From Rhynchopus sp. YZ270_cl-10 (taxonomy: Eukaryota): a DNA stretch of 64,000 bases. The stretch is from positions 310,001 to 374,000 of the forward strand of contig OZ037841.1 of the NCBI GenBank assembly GCA_964035575.1. The letters are read 5' to 3'. Of this stretch, positions 1 through 13,087 are shown piece by piece. The translations under genes and the position numbers were made by a program. The notes under the pieces are model-generated. The model had not been told where the DNA came from. It did no database searches and was given only the letters and a program-made list of their open reading frames with translations. Position 1 is the stretch's first letter. The number at the start of each line of letters is the position of its first letter.

Positions 1-432
1 CTTCCACAGTTTGGTGGCAGCCGCCGGTCGATGACCGATCGACCGCAATTTTTTTTTGCTAGAATGACGGAAAGAAAACGGAGTTAGCAGGCGGTGGGGG
101 AGGAAACAGAAAAACAAAAAACAAAAAAAAACTTTTTTTTGAGAAGAGGAGAAACTCCCCTTTGACAAAATGAGAGAGATAAAGAGACCACGCTATATTT
201 CATAAAACGCACTGACTTTTCTCCGCTCTTTTTTTCCTTTTCCCTTTTTTTTTTCCTCGCTATCCTTCCCTTTTCTCCCTCTGCTGGGGCTAGTTTTGCG
301 TTTATTTTTGATGAAGAACAGCAATTGTATGGTTACCATCTACCAACAATAGCTATCAATCACCACACCGATCCTATACCAGGATTCTTTTTCAGGTCAT
401 TTCGTGGACTAAGTCCCACCTTCCTTTCATGC

Positions 433-2181
433 TCAAGCGTTCATAATCTTTTTCACAGCCAAGAGAAGAACACAGAGCACACTCAGCTTCGTGGCAGCGC
501 TGACAGCACCCCTGTATGCACGCGGCACGAAACCCTTAACGCTGGCCCTCAGGAACACATCGTACAGCCAGCCCGGGTGCGGGAAGGGGGGGATCGGTCC
601 GTCACGCTTGATGAGCGAGTCCTGGTCGATCACAGAGCGCTTGTGGGTGAACTCATCGAAGCCCCACTTTCCGTGCGAGCAGCCTGCAGAATTGGGGAAA
701 TAAATGTCAGATAATTGTAGCTGTTTGCCATACCCATTCCGCTCGATCCAGTTCCTCCAAAGGGAAGGTGGGCGTTGGAGTACTGCTCCACGCAGGTGTT
801 GATGCCGACTCCTCCTGACTGCGATCCGGCAAGGAGCTGTGTGTTGGTGTTTTATTTTTTTTGCATCGACAATCACCCTAAGTACTCACCTTGGCGGGGC
901 ACTCAATGTTGTCTCCATGTCTTGATGGACAAATTAAGGGGTTTTTTTGTATTCAATGTGTTTTTGTACGAATCATACCTTCTGCTGGAACGCTTTGTTC
1001 TGCGAGAAGATGTAGAACGCAAGCGGCTTGTCGCAGACCTTGTGCACGATCTTGAGGATCTCGTCGTCGTTCTTGTACGTCACAATGGGGAGCACGGGTC
1101 CGAAGATCTCCTCCTTGAGGATGGGCTGGTCGAGGTCCTCGGGGAGCAGGATTGTTGGGGGGAAGAAGCGGTTTTCTGCGTCCACTGTGTCGACGCCTCC
1201 GATGACCACACGGCCCTTAGTGTTGCGCACAAGGTCAGCAATGCGGGTCACGTGGCGGTCGCTGATGACACGGCCAAGATCCTTCGACTTCTTCGGGTCC
1301 GCTCCGAACTGTGCCTCTGCGTCCTTAACCAAAGCCTTGATCAGCTCCTCCTTGCGGTCCTCGTGGACAATAATGTAGTCCGGCGCAATGCACGTCTGCC
1401 CAACGTTCCACCACTTAAAGAACGACACTCTGTTCGTCACGACATCCAGCCTCGCGGTCTTGTCAACAATACACGGCGACTTTCCTCCCAGCTCCAGGGT
1501 CACCGGGGTCAGGTGGTCGGATGCTGCACGCATCACGATCTTACCAACCGCACCGTTTCCTGTGAAGAAGATGTGGTCCCAGTGCAGCTTGAGGAGCGCT
1601 GTGGTCTCGGGGACTGCACCCTGCACGACCTTGACGCAGGCAGGGTCGAGGTATTTGGTGACGAGCTGTTCGATGACCTTGGCGCAGTGTGTCGACACTT
1701 CCGAGGGCTTGATCACAACACAGTTTCCTGCGGCAATGGCAGACACCAGAGGACCAAAGCAGAGGTCAACGGGGTAGTTCCAGGGTGCAATGAGCAGCAT
1801 CACTCCCTTCGGCTCCCTGCGGATGTAGGACGACGCAAGGCGTGTTGGGCAGGTGAGGAAGGGTGTCGTCACCTTCTCATCTGCGGTCCAGCTGTTCAGG
1901 TTGGACAAGGCAAAGCCTGCAGCACCGTGCGCTCCGAAGTCGCCCAGGGCACGGACATTGGACCCACCCAGGTCCTGTCTGACAGCGTTCGCAATGAGGT
2001 CAGTGTTCTCCTCAACCATCAGCTCAATCTGCTGCAGCTGCTTCCGTCTCCACTCAACGTTCTTGGTAGTGCCCTTGTTGAACTCGGTTCTCAAGGAGTC
2101 AACAATGGAGGCAAATTTGGAGACATCAATCTCACCGTTTGCCACCTCCGTGCGAAGCTTCTGAAAGCCGTTGGTCGTCAT
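433..2181 (-). CDS. ALDH3: Aldehyde dehydrogenase, family 3 (fatty aldehyde dehydrogenase-like), 3 exons: 2181-979, 836-734, 683-433 (~518 aa)
   Basis: Motifs IAPWNYP, FFTGNGAVG, LELGGKSP (catalytic Glu), GQTCIAPDY (catalytic Cys), EEIFGP. Removing GT-AG introns 978-837 and 733-684 restores LPFGGTGSSGMGCSHGKWGFDEFTHKRSV and a hydrophobic C-terminal tail. Start placed at MTTNG (2181). Confidence 0.93.
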
Positions 2182-3230
2182 TTTTTTGTGATTAGTGTGT
2201 CGTTGCTGGGGAAGATGGTGGAGTGGTGAAAAAAAAATGTGCAAATTTGCTTTTTGTTGCTTTTGTGTTTTTTAGATCCTTGATGGATCGGTAGGTCAGG
2301 GGAGGGTGTTCTGAATCAATGAGAAACGCAACGGGGGGGGGTGCGGGGGGTATTCAAAATCAGGGTAATAGATAGGGTCTGGTTTTTGGTTTGAAAACCA
2401 AGGGGTTCCCGGTTTCTGGGTTTTGAAAAATTTAATAAATGAGATTTGATTCGGAAAAAAAATACCGGAAAACCCTGGTTTTTACGGGTATGCCCAGCGG
2501 GCCGGAGAAAACCCGGACCGCATATTCCCCTCTGCAAAAGTGACAACGTTGACAAAGGGGGCGGTTGCTTTTGTGTATTTTTCTTCTTTTTTTGTCGTCG
2601 TTTGTGTACTAAATATACAAGGGAAAATGCCCCTTTTTTGTTCTGTTGAATTATTTTTTTTTTGGTGTGGTAAAATACATCTTTTGTAAGGTGACCTTAA
2701 GCCTTGCTGTGCTTCAGTAACCTTGACAACATTGCTTAAGAGAAGATATTGAGGGTTATCATGACACATCTTCTGTCTTAAGGAAAAGGGAAACTGAACT
2801 GTGAGCCCCACCCCACCCCCATCCCCATCCCCACAGGTACCCCACACCTCTCTCTTGCACCGAGAGATTGAGGACGCGCGAAGTTGAAACCAGCCCGCCG
2901 CAACAGAATAGTTGCTGATGCAGGCAAATCGACCTACGTACCATGCCAGTTCATGGAGAAAGGCATAAGTACCCTGCGGTCAGCAAACACACTAGCCAAT
3001 CTATTGCTTGCGCTCGTGCAGAGGTGCACGACCCAAAAGGAAAAAAAGAGAGAAAAAAATCTTCCAAGAAAATGGAGTCAGAGGAGCTAAAGAGGAAACG
3101 AAGTTGCCTTTTCCTAAATGTGCACACAAAAGGGGGAGGTGTCGTTACCCACCTATATCATTAATGTAAACACCCGTTTTTTTGTCTTGTGGCAATGTCA
3201 ATTTGAGTTCAGCTGAAATAGATTAGCCCT

Positions 3231-4100
3231 TCAGTGTTTGCGTTTACTTGATGCCTTTGCATCGTGTGCTGCCGTTGCCATAGCAAACTCGTCCATCAAG
3301 GCTTTCTGCTCAGAGGTTTGCTGTGAAGAGAAGTAAAAATGTTGATCAGTCACTCTAAAAGCATTGTATAGTCTACTCACAGGGAAGGGGGTGCCAGGTT
3401 CGTACCTCTTTGACATGGCTTCCCTGCCAAACTGACTGCCAATCCGGGTGCCCTGCAGAAGACTGAGGTCCTGCCTCGCCTGTGACAGCAACGTGCCCGG
3501 TGGGCGCGTCCTTCAGCACGATGCTTGTTCGTGTGGACGACGTGGTGGGCCGAGACGAGGGCTCGGGGGTGGACTGTGCCTGAGGTGACGCAGGTCCGTC
3601 TTGTTGCACGTCTGTGGGAAGGGAGGTGTGGTGTGGGTGTATGAGGCTTGAAAAAAAGGGTTGTCCATACGTGTCTTGATGCAGAACACTACTTTGCACA
3701 GCGGACACTGTGCAAGCGAGGTGCTCAACGGAAACTGCAGCAGGTGTTTGCACGAGACGCATGGTATTTGTATTGCAAGGTTGCTTGAAGGCGCCACGTT
3801 GGATACCGTCTCGCACGTTGCGCAGGACACGAGCACGGCGCCGTTGGGGTAGCTCTGTGTGTGGATGGTTGTTGAACATCGGTGTTTGGAATCTTGGTTG
3901 TCTTGCTGCCTAGCGTTTTCAGACGCTATGTGAGCAATACATGAACAGAACCCAAACGGAGTAAGTATCAAAAACAAACAAACAAAAGCTAGGGGAAAAT
4001 AGCGGAACTCCAAAGAGAGACATACCATCAACGCATTGCATCCAGAACAGACAAACGTATTTGCGGGCTTGTTGCCCGTGGGGCTTGTCACCGCCGCCAT
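3231..4100 (-). CDS. LSD1-type zinc-finger protein, 4 predicted exons: 4100-4026, 3854-3671, 3611-3406, 3320-3231 (~184 aa)
   Basis: Splicing three GT-AG introns (4025-3855, 3670-3612, 3405-3321) keeps one open frame and yields CSGCNALMSYPNGAVLVSCATC and CVSCKHLLQFPLSTSLAQCPLC, both resembling the LSD1 finger pattern CxxCxxxLxYPxGAxxVxCxxC. The last two exon junctions are less certain. Confidence 0.7.
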
Positions 4101-4321
4101 TCGTGTGTGGGTATGCTCGTGTTTGAAATCAGTTTATTTTATTGCCAATCCCTCGCAGAATACTGAAATGTGTACGTGTAGATGTGTGAAGAGGGGTACG
4201 TCCAGGACCGGTGTTGACTTTAGCTTGGATTTTGTGTATATAAAACAAGACACCCTCCTCCCTCTGTTGGTCGATGAAAAATAAAGAAACGTTTACCAGA
4301 TGCCTCGAACACGTAAGGGAA

Positions 4322-4392
4322 GTTGATAGTGCAAGACGCCTCTGAGACGCAGGCACCTGACACTCTGCGGGGCATCGAACCCTGTAGTGTTG
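4322..4392 (-). repeat. Dispersed short repeat family D (hairpin plus B-box-like arm; SINE-like), representative copy
   Basis: Plus-strand consensus GTTGATAGTGCAARACGCCTCTGRGACGCAGRCAC. Copies near 4322, 13952, 20060, 20645, 23113, 33908; B-box part alone near 20741. The 4322 copy reads GGTTCGATGCC on the minus strand. Confidence 0.6.
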
Positions 4393-4683
4393 GGGGTTGC
4401 TGACAGGAAAACTGTTAGCAGGCACACAGTCATTTCCCCATCCGATTGGGAAGTGGGCGATGCCATGATAAAGACTCAAGAAAGTATAAAAGCGAGAGAG
4501 AGAGATTGTCTTTAACATCGCGACCAGGCTGCAATGTGAGAACACTTCACCTCACCCGGACACAGCCAGCGGTGCAAAGACATGTTGGCCATTCCCCCCC
4601 CTTTTTTTGTGTTATTCGTTATTTACTTTCTAATGGGTAGTCTTTTCCAAAACGAGAAGAAAAAGAGAAAAACAAATTCATAT

Positions 4684-5518
4684 GGACTCGTCCGGAAACC
4701 CCTCTGGTAAGATTCATCCTTTTGGGTATTTTTGGGTTTTTTTGATGATGTCCCCCACAAAAAGTGCATCTAGGTGATATTCTGATATGAAAATAGGTTT
4801 TTGGGGGGGTCTGAGGCTATATTTTCGCTTTTTAATCAGATTTTCAGCCTTTTATTGTCGTTCTTCTGGATCTCTTCTCTCTTTCTCTTAATCCTGCCAT
4901 GCCGCCTTGACAAGGTTTCATTGACCTCTGTCAAATCTACTGGATCAATGCCAGGGACTTTTGCTTTGCGGGTCACCTTGGATGTGGAGACTCCTTAGTA
5001 AATACAGGTTCCCTCCATGTCAGAGTACACGCTGAAATGACACGACTGTTGCTCGGGTAGCAGTACACAGAAGAAAAGAGATTGATGGAAAGAAGGGTGC
5101 ACTGATACGTATGAGTACGAGGGAATGAGATAACAAAGGCCTCTGTGTGGGGAAGCTCGCGCAGGGCACCGACAATGACCCCTACGGTAAGGATCTCCTG
5201 ACAACAAGAATCATCAGAGAGATGGTTCGAAACGACACCAAGTGTGCGTCGCACCCATTCTTACCGTGTTTCTCGACAAAAAAGTGAACTTCACTGCTGT
5301 CATTGCCACGTTTATGAAATGTCCAAAAATACGTAAAAAAATATAAGTAAAAAGGGGGGGAGCGGAAATAAACAAAATAAATGATCACAATATGCCCTCT
5401 AGGGTGGTAGGTGTATGGCGGGTATCAAAAAATTGGGTTGTTTGGGTGTTTTGAGCAGAAAAACCTCAAAAAACCCCCAAAAGGATGAATCTTACCAGGA
5501 GGGTTTCCGGACGGACCC
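4684..5518. mobile_element. Non-autonomous TIR element (~835 bp) with ~60-bp imperfect terminal inverted repeats
   Basis: Left end GGACTCGTCCGGAAACCCCTCTGGTAAGATTCATCCTTTTGGG matches the reverse complement of the right end (...CCCAAAAGGATGAATCTTACCAGGAGGGTTTCCGGACGGACCC). Flanked by ATAT on both sides (4680-4683, 5519-5522); a TA duplication is an alternative reading. Confidence 0.7.
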
Positions 5519-5814
5519 ATATACTTTCAAATAAAATTTGAAAGCATAACGAGAAAAAGAAAACACCCATCCCGCCCCACGTTTTGCCGATAATTACACT
5601 ATTGCAAAAGAGACAACACTTTTCTACCATCATTTTCGCATTTTCTAACCCCCAACCCACAACCCAAATTCTAAGTTTAAACAATCTAGAAATAATAAAA
5701 AAACCCTTTTTCGTCCTTTTGTTTAGTTGGTGCGACCCACGTCATTCGCTTAGGGGAAATACACAGTTGCCCTCTCCAATACTGTGATCACCTCGCTCCC
5801 TCGCCCTCTGGGTT

Positions 5815-8439
<2,625 letters not shown>

Positions 8440-8858
8440 TTGTTTTGTGTGGCCCCCTTGGTGGACCCCGACCTTTGTTATGTGTGTGTGTGAATCAATA
8501 AAATATGGAAGAATATTTGAGACAATCCAACCGCCCGAGGGAAGTGAAAAAAATGCCATCCAAGTGAAGCGACCACCTAGTATAGGACCGGATATGCCCG
8601 AATCCATCGCCCAACGATGTGACCCTGCTACTCAGATACTGGATGAAAAAAAAGATGGCACATTTTTTAAACGTTCACTTCTATTGCAGTATCGACAAAA
8701 CACTTTTTTCGCCATCCTGCCGCACTGCATCTCTGGGCTAGAACCAAAAGGCTCAAATGGCCACACAATCTGGCCATCCCCCCCAACCCCACCCCACCCG
8801 CACCCTTTCGCCGCACAATCATCTAGCACACCTTCCATCCCTTCCATCCCCTCATACA

Positions 8859-9518
8859 TCATGCGAGACGAATCTCCAGGATCGAGATCTCCTCACACCT
8901 GTACTGTGGGTGCAGCGCCTCCTCCGGGAGGCGCGAGACGGCAAGCCCTGCCTCCTTTGCTGCAGCGAGGAAGGCAGGGACGTTGCCTTCTTCACGGAGC
9001 TCATGCGACATGAGGCATGTTGCACTGGCGTTTTGCAGCAGAAGCTTCAACAGCACGATCAAGGGTGCCGACACATAGAGCCCCATGCACACTAAGTCGG
9101 AGCAGAGGATGTAGTCCAGGTCCTGCAACCCCATGCTCTCGAGGAGCGCTGTGGAGGCGTCGTTCCAGTCTAGCGTAGCAACGGTGCAGGGTGCAGTGAG
9201 GTTGCCATCTGCCTGGTTGAGGTCGACGTTGGTCTGCGCAAGGACGCAGACGTCTTCGTAATCGGTGAGTGTGCATTCCATCCCCAGAGACGAAGCAGCT
9301 ATGCCTACAATGCCCGTCCCGCAGCCCAGGTCAATGCCGCGTTTGCCCTTCAGCGTGCTCGCAACGCGTTCCTGTGAAATATAGTTGATCAGTACCACGG
9401 CGGCGTCCCACACAGTGCCGCTGTTCGCGTTAAGTTTGCTCCCGTCGGTGGTCTCGTCAGCGCGTTGTTCAATCTGCAGGATTTTGTCCCCAACTTCGTA
9501 CTCAGAAGTGAACGGCAT
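8859..9518 (-). CDS. METTL21/Methyltransf_16-family protein lysine methyltransferase-like (219 aa)
   Basis: GTVWDAAVVL, motif I DLGCGTG, post-I LTDY, LDW, motif II DYILCSD. Confidence 0.88.
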   Translation of the reverse strand: MPFTSEYEVGDKILQIEQRADETTDGSKLNANSGTVWDAAVVLINYISQERVASTLKGKRGIDLGCGTGIVGIAASSLGMECTLTDYEDVCVLAQTNVDLNQADGNLTAPCTVATLDWNDASTALLESMGLQDLDYILCSDLVCMGLYVSAPLIVLLKLLLQNASATCLMSHELREEGNVPAFLAAAKEAGLAVSRLPEEALHPQYRCEEISILEIRLA

Positions 9519-9864
9519 TTTTGTGGTTCTGTTGTGATTTTATACCGGAAAAAAAAAATGGAAGTTAACTCATCTCGGCGGTGTGAACCGACCCACAATG
9601 TCAGCCCTGGATGATAACATATATACCTCGACTACCGTGGCTGTGGACAATTAGGCTGCGAGAAGAGAAGACAAGATAGACGGAGCAAAGACACATGACA
9701 TCAGTAACCTTTATTGAATGCAAATCAATCAACTCCGTTTTGTTCTGAGACATCAAGAACAACATTTTTTTTTTTCAACTACTTAAAATACCCTCCTTTT
9801 TTTGCGGAAACAAAAAAAGATGAGGAAAATTCCCCCTCACGTCCCTTCTCTTCAAAAACACAAC

Positions 9865-12144
9865 TCACTCCTTTTCCTTTTCCCTCTCCTTCTCCTTCTC
9901 CTTCTCCTTCTCCTTCTCCTTCTCCTTCTCCTTCTCCTTCTCCTTCTCCTCCCCTGGCGGGACCCCCGGGAGAAATGAGATGACTTCAGCACGCCTTCGC
10001 GCTGCTTTCTTTTGCTTTTGGAATACTAACATGCATATTTTGTACGCACATTCTAAATCCTGCTTCGGTGTGGCAGACTGCGCGGTGAAAGCGGCTGTGT
10101 GCACAGCAACAATATCAAGGATGGGAACCCCACTTAAGGCTGCAATACGTGAATCCTCATAAGCACGTATAAGCTCGGTGACATCTGACGTATGAATTGC
10201 AAGCAAAGAACGAACCTGCCCTGAAGAAGCCACCAACGGAACCGGACTGACCTGCACACTCTCATCCCGCAACAACCCACGCACCGCCGCCACCAACCGC
10301 GCCATCGTTGCATGCACCTCCACCGCACTGCACCCAAGCACCACACCATAATTCGCAAACCCACACGACACCCCCACCCCTTCTCCTACCCCATTCATCA
10401 GCGCCTTCACACACCCTGCAGTCTCCCCCTTCTTCCTTTGCAACAACGACACTGCGACCAAAGCGGTCAGAGGCAACGACACACAACACTTTGGAGCTAC
10501 CTGGTGGAATACCCTCAGGTGCAGTGGCCTACGGATCACCATCTCACGGTCCCACGGGTCGTTGTAGGTATTTAGCGGGAAGGATTCGACGTTTAAATCG
10601 CGAGACTGGATGTCATGGAGTATATCCCATATTGCCATGACCCCCGCTATGACGACAACCTGCGGCAGCTGGCGGGGGCTGTGGAAGGCAGACGCAGCTA
10701 ACGGCATGGAGGCAGAGTCGGTCACAATGATAGTCGCAGGATAACGCTGTCGAGCTGCCACCATCAACCTCCCTAACGCATCATACGTCGGGGAGAACAC
10801 AAACAACGTCACCATCCCCTGGGAAAAGGATGGAAGCTCCTCCCAATCTTGCTCGATTACTGTTGCGCGAAAGTGTTTTTCGATGAGGTCGAAGAGGTGT
10901 ACAGTGTGTGGAGGACAGAGTGATGCTACCGGACGGAGGACTAATGTAGTGGTGGAGCGGAGGGGTGCGCAGACGACTTCACGGAATGCGAAGATGAGGG
11001 TGAGCAGCGCACTGCAGACAGATGCGTTCAGGGTTTTGCCTAATCGCACCTTATCCGCTGGAGCTGTTGGTGCCAGATCAAAGCCCAGATCAGCCTCCCC
11101 CACGCCAACAATATTGCACGACGAAGAGGGTGATACCGTATGCTGCAGAGGGGTGAGTGTCTGCATCAACGTAGAACAAGGACTTCCTGCGTTCGATTCT
11201 TCATCCGACATCGTGGCGTCCCACGACCAATCCAGAATGTCCTCAGGCCCTGGAGACAGCAGACGCATCTGATACTCAGTGTCCACATAGCGCACTCTGA
11301 TTGGCGTGAGTGCCAGCTCCTTCCCAGCGTTCCCGCCAATCCCTTTTGCGGGGCGGAGTGAACCCACCCCGCCTTTGCGTTCTACGTAACAGAACGCCTT
11401 TGGGTGCATGATGAGAGGAGCGCTGGCACCGTCGAGACGCACCACAACACGGTGCTTCCCGGTACGCCATATGGTACCTAGGTCGCCCTTTGCGAAGAGG
11501 CTGCATGCTACCATAGCTTGGCACCGTGCACCAGAGCGGAGGTACTGCACAGAGCGTCCAAACCTGCCGCAGAGCGCCACGCGGGAGTCGGTCCGCGCAA
11601 TGACGGGGGGTGGTGTGAACGGCTTTGGCTTTGGTATGAGTTGTTCCTTGCGTGTGCGGTAGCGGGCGAGCTCGGCTTCGAGGGCTGCCCAGCGTGCAGC
11701 GTCTGCTGTGGTGCGCTTGTCAGCGGAGGAGGGTGAAGAGGAGCCTGAGGAGACGCTGAGGTGTTCGATGTTGTGCATGTCGTGGTGGGGGTGGGGGTGA
11801 GGGTGCTTTGTGCGAGGGGAGGTGTGTGCAAGGTCCACCTCGTCAGGGTCGATGTCGAAGAACTTTCCGCAAAAGCGGCACACCTGCTTGCGGTCGTACA
11901 GCAGCGAAGGGTGCATCCTCTTCACCGACGCGCGCACCGCGCCCCACCGCTCCCGCACATCCAGAATCGCACGCAGCGAGACGTTATACGGCAGGCGAGG
12001 CACCCGGAACACCTGCTCGCAAAGCCCGCACGTACTGGTCTTGCTCAACCCCTGCTGCAGCCGCTCCCTCAACTCCATATCACTAAAGTCGTAGTCATAA
12101 GCGCTCCGCTCATGGAACCCTTTTGGGGATTGGGAGGCTTTCAT
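9865..12144 (-). CDS. Hypothetical protein (~759 aa) with N-terminal CxxC...CxxC motif and C-terminal (KE)n tail
   Basis: 2.3-kb open frame; CGLC...CRFC pair; start placed at MKASQS (12144). The stop overlaps a perfect GTGAGT donor-like sequence, so a further exon is possible. Confidence 0.65.
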   Translation of the reverse strand: MKASQSPKGFHERSAYDYDFSDMELRERLQQGLSKTSTCGLCEQVFRVPRLPYNVSLRAILDVRERWGAVRASVKRMHPSLLYDRKQVCRFCGKFFDIDPDEVDLAHTSPRTKHPHPHPHHDMHNIEHLSVSSGSSSPSSADKRTTADAARWAALEAELARYRTRKEQLIPKPKPFTPPPVIARTDSRVALCGRFGRSVQYLRSGARCQAMVACSLFAKGDLGTIWRTGKHRVVVRLDGASAPLIMHPKAFCYVERKGGVGSLRPAKGIGGNAGKELALTPIRVRYVDTEYQMRLLSPGPEDILDWSWDATMSDEESNAGSPCSTLMQTLTPLQHTVSPSSSCNIVGVGEADLGFDLAPTAPADKVRLGKTLNASVCSALLTLIFAFREVVCAPLRSTTTLVLRPVASLCPPHTVHLFDLIEKHFRATVIEQDWEELPSFSQGMVTLFVFSPTYDALGRLMVAARQRYPATIIVTDSASMPLAASAFHSPRQLPQVVVIAGVMAIWDILHDIQSRDLNVESFPLNTYNDPWDREMVIRRPLHLRVFHQVAPKCCVSLPLTALVAVSLLQRKKGETAGCVKALMNGVGEGVGVSCGFANYGVVLGCSAVEVHATMARLVAAVRGLLRDESVQVSPVPLVASSGQVRSLLAIHTSDVTELIRAYEDSRIAALSGVPILDIVAVHTAAFTAQSATPKQDLECAYKICMLVFQKQKKAARRRAEVISFLPGVPPGEEKEKEKEKEKEKEKEKEKEKEREKEKE
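9885..9950. repeat. (TCTCCT)n microsatellite encoding the KE tail
   Basis: About 11 perfect hexamer units. Confidence 0.9.
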
Positions 12145-12465
12145 GGAAAGGGAGGGGGAGGAGGGGATGTGAAAGGTGTGGGGTGTGCCTGTGTGGGTGT
12201 GAAAAGGGTTCGGTAGTTTTTGAGCGATCATCTGGCTGAAAGCACAAAATCCTGCGGGAAAAGCAACAGAAAGTGTAAAAAGAGAGACATACTGTAGTGA
12301 ATGGGGGGCGGTACACAACAGCATCACCTTCCGCTGAAGAATTGTGATATAATAGGCACTCCCGTTCGCTGCGAAAGCTTAGTGCAACGATGGTCGAGAC
12401 AAGAATAATTCGTAAAAAAAAAGAAAGTCATGAGTTATTTTGTCTTTTGTTTCGGTTTGCTTAGA

Positions 12466-13087
12466 TGGTGTGGCTGAAACCAGCAAATTTCACTGCTAAA
12501 GAACTGCTAACAAACTGCTAAATAATACCCTTTTTTTAGGGGTGGTGTATAAAAACATTTTTTTACCTTGGTTTTTCCACTCCCCCTGTTGGCGCGCCTC
12601 CACTCTTGCACACCCATGTGTGACCCCACCGTTGAACGCAATTGACTCGCTGAGTCAAAAGAACGCACAGAACGGGGCTGGAAAAAATCACGAAAAACGC
12701 GTTCCGTGCGCCTGCGGCGCCCACAAAGTAAGTTTTCCCCTGAGTATGCTGTGTACACTGTGTATACTGTGTATACTGTGTATACTGTGTATACTGTGTA
12801 TACTGTGTATACTGTGTATACTGTGTATACTGTGTATACTGTGTATACTGCGGAAATTGACCAAAAACGAGAACTTGTCCATTTCGGCGAATTGACCCCA
12901 CCACTGGCCGGACGTATTCCGGAAATGCAAATACCGGCGTTAAAAAGCTCACCAACGAAAAAAAAAATTTTTTTTCCAACACCCGTGGGGAAAAAAGTTT
13001 TTATACACCACCCCCCCAAAAATGCATGCTAACAAAGTGCTAACAAACTGCTAAATAATACCCTTTTTTTTGGGTTCAGCCACACCA
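12466..13087. mobile_element. 622-bp TG...CA element with 13-bp perfect TIRs and 5-bp TSD (TTAGA)
   Basis: TGGTGTGGCTGAA (12466-12478) and TTCAGCCACACCA (13075-13087); TTAGA at 12461-12465 and 13088-13092. Internal 33-bp direct repeats (12505, 13038), 18-bp inverted repeats (12539, 12997) and a 9-mer tandem array. Confidence 0.8.
12740..12850. repeat. 9-bp tandem repeat (CTGTGTATA)n, about 12 copies
   Basis: Directly visible; first two units variant (CTGAGTATG, CTGTGTACA). Lies inside the 12466-13087 element. Confidence 0.95.

Noticed and set aside
775..2229. 484-aa plus-strand ORF
   Set aside because: Antisense shadow of the ALDH gene.
3513..3515. In-frame TGA linking ORFs 3513-4100 and 3231-3491 (possible readthrough or selenocysteine)
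   Set aside because: A conventional four-exon GT-AG model reads this region in another frame and avoids the stop.
12507..13032. ORFs with (YTV)n, (CIL)n, (QYT)n and (SIH)n repeats
   Set aside because: Translations of the 9-bp tandem array inside a TIR element.
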